IMG/VR virus record: IMGVR_UViG_3300028832_000007
Span: 6,459-70,458 of that record
DNA from: a virus
Taxonomy: Duplodnaviria; Caudoviricetes
Strand: one strand, 5' to 3'
Length of the DNA: 64,000 bases
Below are positions 58,570 through 64,000 of this stretch, piece after piece; position 1 is the first letter of the stretch; the number at the start of each line of letters is the position of its first letter. Below the pieces are notes generated by a model, which saw only the letters and a list, made by a program, of their open reading frames with translations, did not search any database and had not been told where the DNA came from. The position numbers and the translations under genes are program-made.

Positions 58570-59420
58570 ATGGATAACGTTGCAAGCGCGAAATTCCTAG
58601 AAGGAGCATATGAAACTTTGGTGGGGGCTCCATGTGTTGTTATGGTTGGACGGCACAAGTATAAGGTCCGCCAGGTTGCTCAGGCCGTAAAGGAGCGAAT
58701 CATACTTCTGGAACAAGAGGCTCATGTCCTGGAAGAGAGGGGAAAGCAGGGCCTACCCCTGAAGGAAGCCAAGAGAATCACGAAAAAGCTCTACTCGCTG
58801 CATTCAAAGAAAGCGGCATATTATCTCCTGGGGAACTGGGCGATATTCCTGAAGCCTCTATGGTGGATGCAGTGGAATATACTTCAACTCAGAGGCAATG
58901 AGACGACATTTAAGATAAACGAAGCGGGAGTCGTCAACGCCGACCTGGGTTTTTCCAAAGCCAACTGGGATATCTCAAGGCAGGAACGCGTGCTTTATAT
59001 GAGACCGGTTGGCGAAGTCGCCAGGCAGCAGCTAGAGCGGCTGGAAAGCGTAATCAATATGTTGGAGAAGGACGCTTTGGGGATAAAGGAGGGCGACAAG
59101 TAGGCTCGGCGTTTGACTTTACAACACATAATGAACGGATAAAACAAGTCTACGGGAATTATTGTTTCTGGGCGTGGTTTAGATACTGGTATCTGGACTC
59201 AGTGAATCTGGTTACAGCGATCCTTCTCGACAAGGGGTACTTCGACTATGATTTTGTGAAAGAAAACAAACAGCTCCTATGGGAGGATACCGTGAAATCA
59301 CATGAAGAGATTATGAAGACGCTGTCGATGTTCGGCATCGGAACGAAGGCTAAGGAGGAAAAACCGGATACGATGGAAGATATCCAAAGTTATATAAGAA
59401 AACAAATGGAGGACAAATAA
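58570..59420 (+). CDS. Tail assembly chaperone pair (G: 58570-59103; GT via -1 frameshift at 58947-58953, ending 59420)
   Basis: Slippery heptamer G GGT TTT; the -1 frame is stop-free from 58947 into ORF 59202-59420. Confidence 0.75.
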
Positions 59421-59421
59421 T

Positions 59422-62400
59422 ATGGCAGTAGATATACCTGTAATTGTTGATATAGAAAAGTCTTTTGAAGATGCGGCTAAAAGAGTGAAAACCGCCATAA
59501 AGCCGCTTCAGGAAGTCATAGAGTCTGCTCCGGCGTCTCTTTTTATCGACGTAAAAATCGGGAATTCGAAGAAAGTCCTGGTGGAGCTTTTCGACGATGC
59601 GAGAACATCGGTATCCTCATTCGAAAGCGCTCTTGCTCAGGTTAGTGCCAAGATCGAGAAGTTGGCTGCGAAGGGAGGCTTTAATCTCAGGGCTTCCGGC
59701 CAGCTAACGAAAGAAGAAAAGAACCTTCTTGAGGCCGCTGGTCTACTCGAGACGAAGCTGAAGGGTGTCGGTAACGCGTCTTCGGCTATGAGCCGTGTTT
59801 TCTCTCTAAACATGAAAAAGGCTGAGGAGGATATTTCGAATTACATGCATCAGCTCGATGCTTTGCAGAGAAAACAGAATCTATCCGCCAGGGTGTCGTC
59901 TTCTGGCGGTCTGACAAAGCCTTATCAAGCGCAGATAGATGCTGTGAATGTCAAGTTGCAGGAAACCAGGAGGTTCCTGGGATATTGTTCCTTGGAATTG
60001 GAAAAGGTCTCTAGCTCCGGCGTTAAGGCGACGGCTGCAATGGGCGGCATGAAGACGAAGGCCCAGGAGATGGCTGAGGCGTGGAGACGTGGTGAAAGTT
60101 ATCTTGCGCGATACAATGCTGGTCTTGAAAGCGCGTCGTTCAGGATGGGTACCCTTGTAAAAAACGCACTTTCACTTATGGCTATACATGCTGCATCCAG
60201 CTTTATCCGGAATGTGCGAGAGGTGACTTCGGAGTTCGAGATGCAAAGAGTCGCCCTCGGGGGTATTATCCAGGATACGGAGCGGGCGGAGAAGCTGTTC
60301 AAACAGCTCAAGGCTGCAGCTATTCAGTCTCCTTTCCAGATAAAGGATTTGGTTACATTCACGAAGCAGCTGTCTGCGTATCGAATCGAGACGGAGAATC
60401 TTTTTGACGTAACGATGAAGCTGGCTGACGTGTCAGCCGGTCTCGGCGTTGACATGAATCGTCTCGTATTGGCCTACGGTCAGGTTAGGGCAGCATCTGT
60501 TCTTCGTGGTCAGGAGCTTCGTCAGTTTACTGAAGCAGGTATTCCGTTGGTAGAGGAATTGGCTCGTAAGTTCCGTGAACTCGGCAGGGAAGGAACGACA
60601 ACAGCGGATGTGTTCGAGCTGATTTCGCAGAGGGCCGTACCGTTCAAGATGATTGAAGATATCTTCAACGACATGACAAAGGCGGGAGGAATCTTCTATA
60701 AGATGCAGGAGAAACAGTCTGAAACGCTGAAGGGTCAGTGGATGAAACTTCGGGATGCGTTGTCTATTATGTACGACGAGATAGGCAACACCAGCGCCGT
60801 CCATGGTGCTATGGAGGTAATGCTTCGGAGCGCCAAGGAGCTGTTGGAAAACTGGCGTGAAGTTGGGAAGACGCTCGGTGTAGTCATCACCTCTTTAGCT
60901 GCTTACAAGGTCGCGATAATCAATCTGCGAATATCTCAGAATGCGTTGACAGCCGCCGAGGCTGCTCAGATTTCCGCGTTGGAGCTAAACACGATTGGAC
61001 GTTCCAGGCTTATTGCCGTAATGTTGGGAGAAGAGAAAGCTATGAAGCTCCAGGTTTTTCTCTCAAACCTCTATGTAGCTGCGAAAAGGAGAGAGACTAT
61101 GGCGACAAACATTTTCACGAAAGCGCTATGGAAGATGAATGCCGCTTTACTGAAAAACCCATACGCGGCAGCCGCTGCGGTGATAATCGTCCTGGTTGCA
61201 GCGATCTATAAATTGGTGAAAAGAACAAAAGAGGCTAAGGCTACAGTCGAAAGTCTACAAAAGACTATTGCGGCTTATGATAAGACGAAGGAAAGCGTTA
61301 AAGATATTCAGGATCTGTGTCAGGCCTATACCGAGCTGAGCGCAAAGCTTGAGAGGACGAAAGACGAGGAAGATAAACTCGCCAGGGTGACTAAAGAATT
61401 AGCAAAAGCATATCCAGGAGCTATTTCCGGGATAAACAAGGAGACTGAAGCTTTGAAAATCAATACAAAAGCGATCCAAGAGGAGAATGCCGCGAAGAGG
61501 GAGGCTATGGGGCTCGCGCTCGAAAAGCAGAAAACTGACATTGAATCAGAGCTGAAACCACTCCAGGATGAGTACGATTATATAATGGAGACCCTGACTC
61601 GGGGAACGGTTCGCAAAGGTGCGTATGGAGGTGTCTGGGAGGAGGTGTTGACTGAGGACCAGAAAGCCCGGTTGGGGGATCGTCTGCTATATCTGCAGGA
61701 AAGGATGGCAGGCTTTAAGGAGCAGATAGACGCAGCGACTAAAAGCTTGGAGGATTTTACTGGCGTTACGGCAGGACCTCCCCTTCCAGATTTTTTCAAC
61801 GAAAAGTGGAAACTTCGCCTGGCTTCCTATAAAACAATGTTATCCGGAGCCGTAGCCGCGACTCGCGCTTTTGAGAACACTGAATTGGAACAATTCAAAA
61901 CAGCGCAAGAAGCGGCGGAAAAAACTGCGGAGAAATACAATAAGCTGGCAGCCGAAATCCAGTTTTATTCTAACGCGCTGAAGACCGCCAAAGGTCAGGA
62001 TGCGGAGTATTTTGCGAAACAGAAAGCAAATGCGGAAGCTATGCTGAGCTTGTACGGTCTTATTCTTACGGATTTTAATGCCTGGGATATGCTCAAGAAG
62101 AATGGTAGCGGAGGTGACAAGCTGTCTGGATTAAAGAATAGTATTTCAGACATAACCAACGCTTACAAGAAGTATCTTGAGCTCTTGAAGTATATGAGCA
62201 AGGAGGACGCGTTGAAGAATATCGACACTCTGTTCCCGTCGCTTGCGGGCTGGGAGCCGACATATGAGAACATGCTCGAAAGGTTGGAGAATCTTATAAC
62301 GGCTTATAGGGGAAACGCTGATGCTACAAGGCTTATAGAGCAGGCTATAGCAAACGTAAAATTTGATAAGCTCCGGGACGACATCAAGGACGAGCTTTCA

Positions 62401-64000
62401 AGGCTCTCGAACGAGATAAAGCATTCCAAGGAGGCTAAGTCTTTCTACGACAACCTGCTTGACATGACCGGAAACGAAGACCTCGCAAGGAAGTGGACGG
62501 AGAAGATTTACGGCACCGTTGGGGAAGAGGCTGAAAACCGCCAGAAAGAACTATTGAGCAAGCTGTTTACGTTTGATAGCTCTCGCGTGGATGTTAGCGG
62601 TGAACTGCAGGGCGTTATCGCCAAGGCTATCTCCGAAAAGGATGTCGTCACCTTGAGGAAGTATCTTGGGGACATTGTTGATGCGAACAAGTCTGCTGCC
62701 GAGAGTATTGTTGCTGAATGGGAGAGGGACGAGGGCGCGTTTATTCAAAATTGGGAGAAAACATACGCAAAGGCTAAGACCTTCCAAGAGAGAATAGACG
62801 ATATAAACAGGAAGCGCAAAGTAGCCAAGGATGAGGCGGAAGGGAAAGGTATAAGCACTTCTGGCCTCGCAGCCATGGACGCATACTATAATAAAGAAGT
62901 GGCTAAGGTTACGTTAGAGGTATTGAAGAGTGCTCCCGAATGGAAAGCTGCTTTCGAGGATATGGGGTCCGTAGGCGAGGCTACGCTCCGAAAACTTATC
63001 GTCCATTTGACTACGTTCAAGAACCTCTTCGCAGATGCTCTTTCACCGGAAGATTTAAAAGCCATAACCGAGGCTATCACACGTTCTGAAGAGGGTTTGG
63101 CAAAAAAGAATCCTTTCTTGACGATGTCTGAGGGCTTTTCGGAGTATGTGGATGCCCGAATGAAGCTTGCGAACATCGACAAGGAGTCAGATCCAGTTTT
63201 GTGGGCAAAATATAAGGACAAGGAGGCGGAAGCAATAAAGAAGATGCAGGATTCCGTGCAGGGGCTTTCGAACGTATATTCATCTTTCAGCGGTATCCTT
63301 TCTAACGTCAAGCAACTCCTCGACGTGGATGAGACCTCAGAGTTCGGTGCCGCTCTCGATGGCGTGGCTAGCAGTCTGGAGATGGTTGGTGTTGCACTCG
63401 TGGCAATTAATGCTATCCTAACTCTCATGGAAACCAATCCGATAGTCCTGGCGATTTCTGCCGTTGTCGCTGCTGGTGCTGCTATCGCAAAGGCACTCTC
63501 TGGCATCAAGAGCGCTAGGATGGAGAAAGAGATCCAAAAGCAGAAAAAGCTTGTTGACGATTTATCAGCGGCTTACGACAAGTTATCCAAGGTGATTGAT
63601 AATGCTTTTGGTTCCGACTACGTCGCAACCAACGAGAAAATGATTAAGAACCTTGAAGCTCAGCAAAAGGCATACGAAAAGCAAGCGGAGGCAGAGAGCA
63701 AGAAGGGAAAGAAGACCGACGACGATAAGGTTCGAGAATACAGGAAGGCTGCGAGAGATACGGCTGAACAGATTTTAGAGCTCCGGGAAAAGGTTGCAGA
63801 GTTCTTTGCCGGGCAGGATCTAACATCGGCTGCAGAATCTTTCGCGAGCGCTTGGCGTGAGGCGTACGCGGAGTTCGGCGATACAGCGGACGCGATCAAA
63901 GAAAAGATGGAGGACATGATTCATAATCTTATAGAGAAAGCTGCGATGGCCGGTATTGTCCAGGCGGTGCTGAAGCCGTGGTATGATGAGCTCAATCGTC
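59422..64000 (+). CDS. Tape measure protein, 3'-partial (absent from ORF track because it has no stop in the window)
   Basis: ATG at 59422; tape-measure domain AAIQSPFQIKDLVTFTKQLSAY...LADVSAGLGVDMNRLVLAYGQV...GQELRQFTEAGIP; long helical sequence. Confidence 0.9.
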   Translation, partial: MAVDIPVIVDIEKSFEDAAKRVKTAIKPLQEVIESAPASLFIDVKIGNSKKVLVELFDDARTSVSSFESALAQVSAKIEKLAAKGGFNLRASGQLTKEEKNLLEAAGLLETKLKGVGNASSAMSRVFSLNMKKAEEDISNYMHQLDALQRKQNLSARVSSSGGLTKPYQAQIDAVNVKLQETRRFLGYCSLELEKVSSSGVKATAAMGGMKTKAQEMAEAWRRGESYLARYNAGLESASFRMGTLVKNALSLMAIHAASSFIRNVREVTSEFEMQRVALGGIIQDTERAEKLFKQLKAAAIQSPFQIKDLVTFTKQLSAYRIETENLFDVTMKLADVSAGLGVDMNRLVLAYGQVRAASVLRGQELRQFTEAGIPLVEELARKFRELGREGTTTADVFELISQRAVPFKMIEDIFNDMTKAGGIFYKMQEKQSETLKGQWMKLRDALSIMYDEIGNTSAVHGAMEVMLRSAKELLENWREVGKTLGVVITSLAAYKVAIINLRISQNALTAAEAAQISALELNTIGRSRLIAVMLGEEKAMKLQVFLSNLYVAAKRRETMATNIFTKALWKMNAALLKNPYAAAAAVIIVLVAAIYKLVKRTKEAKATVESLQKTIAAYDKTKESVKDIQDLCQAYTELSAKLERTKDEEDKLARVTKELAKAYPGAISGINKETEALKINTKAIQEENAAKREAMGLALEKQKTDIESELKPLQDEYDYIMETLTRGTVRKGAYGGVWEEVLTEDQKARLGDRLLYLQERMAGFKEQIDAATKSLEDFTGVTAGPPLPDFFNEKWKLRLASYKTMLSGAVAATRAFENTELEQFKTAQEAAEKTAEKYNKLAAEIQFYSNALKTAKGQDAEYFAKQKANAEAMLSLYGLILTDFNAWDMLKKNGSGGDKLSGLKNSISDITNAYKKYLELLKYMSKEDALKNIDTLFPSLAGWEPTYENMLERLENLITAYRGNADATRLIEQAIANVKFDKLRDDIKDELSRLSNEIKHSKEAKSFYDNLLDMTGNEDLARKWTEKIYGTVGEEAENRQKELLSKLFTFDSSRVDVSGELQGVIAKAISEKDVVTLRKYLGDIVDANKSAAESIVAEWERDEGAFIQNWEKTYAKAKTFQERIDDINRKRKVAKDEAEGKGISTSGLAAMDAYYNKEVAKVTLEVLKSAPEWKAAFEDMGSVGEATLRKLIVHLTTFKNLFADALSPEDLKAITEAITRSEEGLAKKNPFLTMSEGFSEYVDARMKLANIDKESDPVLWAKYKDKEAEAIKKMQDSVQGLSNVYSSFSGILSNVKQLLDVDETSEFGAALDGVASSLEMVGVALVAINAILTLMETNPIVLAISAVVAAGAAIAKALSGIKSARMEKEIQKQKKLVDDLSAAYDKLSKVIDNAFGSDYVATNEKMIKNLEAQQKAYEKQAEAESKKGKKTDDDKVREYRKAARDTAEQILELREKVAEFFAGQDLTSAAESFASAWREAYAEFGDTADAIKEKMEDMIHNLIEKAAMAGIVQAVLKPWYDELNR

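Overview
The whole window reads as a tailed dsDNA phage of Bacteroidota, probably Bacteroidales and siphovirus-like. The host call rests on Bacteroidota-type TTTG-N18-20-TAnnTTTG promoters and A-rich starts without Shine-Dalgarno sites. Layout: (1) 1-8.5 kb, + strand: end of a tail fibre, lysis genes and a self-contained six-gene cassette of unknown function. (2) 8.5-33.1 kb, - strand: a dense block of mostly small accessory/early genes, including a C5 DNA methyltransferase, a serine recombinase, a GP88-like protein, an XRE HTH and an N-terminal-only reverse transcriptase, with a strong promoter and a ~615-nt structured leader at its start. (3) 33.1-33.9 kb: a divergent control region with an iteron-like origin. 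(4) 33.9-48.7 kb, + strand: replication and recombination genes. (5) 48.8-64 kb, + strand: terminase, portal, capsid, neck, tail, a frameshifted tail chaperone and a partial tape measure. The most unusual signals are non-coding: three tRNA-shaped RNAs with perfect acceptor/D/T arms but no canonical anticodon loop; five short terminator-ended segments complementary to a Bacteroidota-style translation start, one a complete promoter-to-terminator unit; a series of sigma54-type (-24/-12) promoter motifs; the large leader RNA; and the truncated RT. No CRISPR array, DGR or stop-codon recoding was seen. All family assignments come from motif recognition by eye; no database search or folding program was run.
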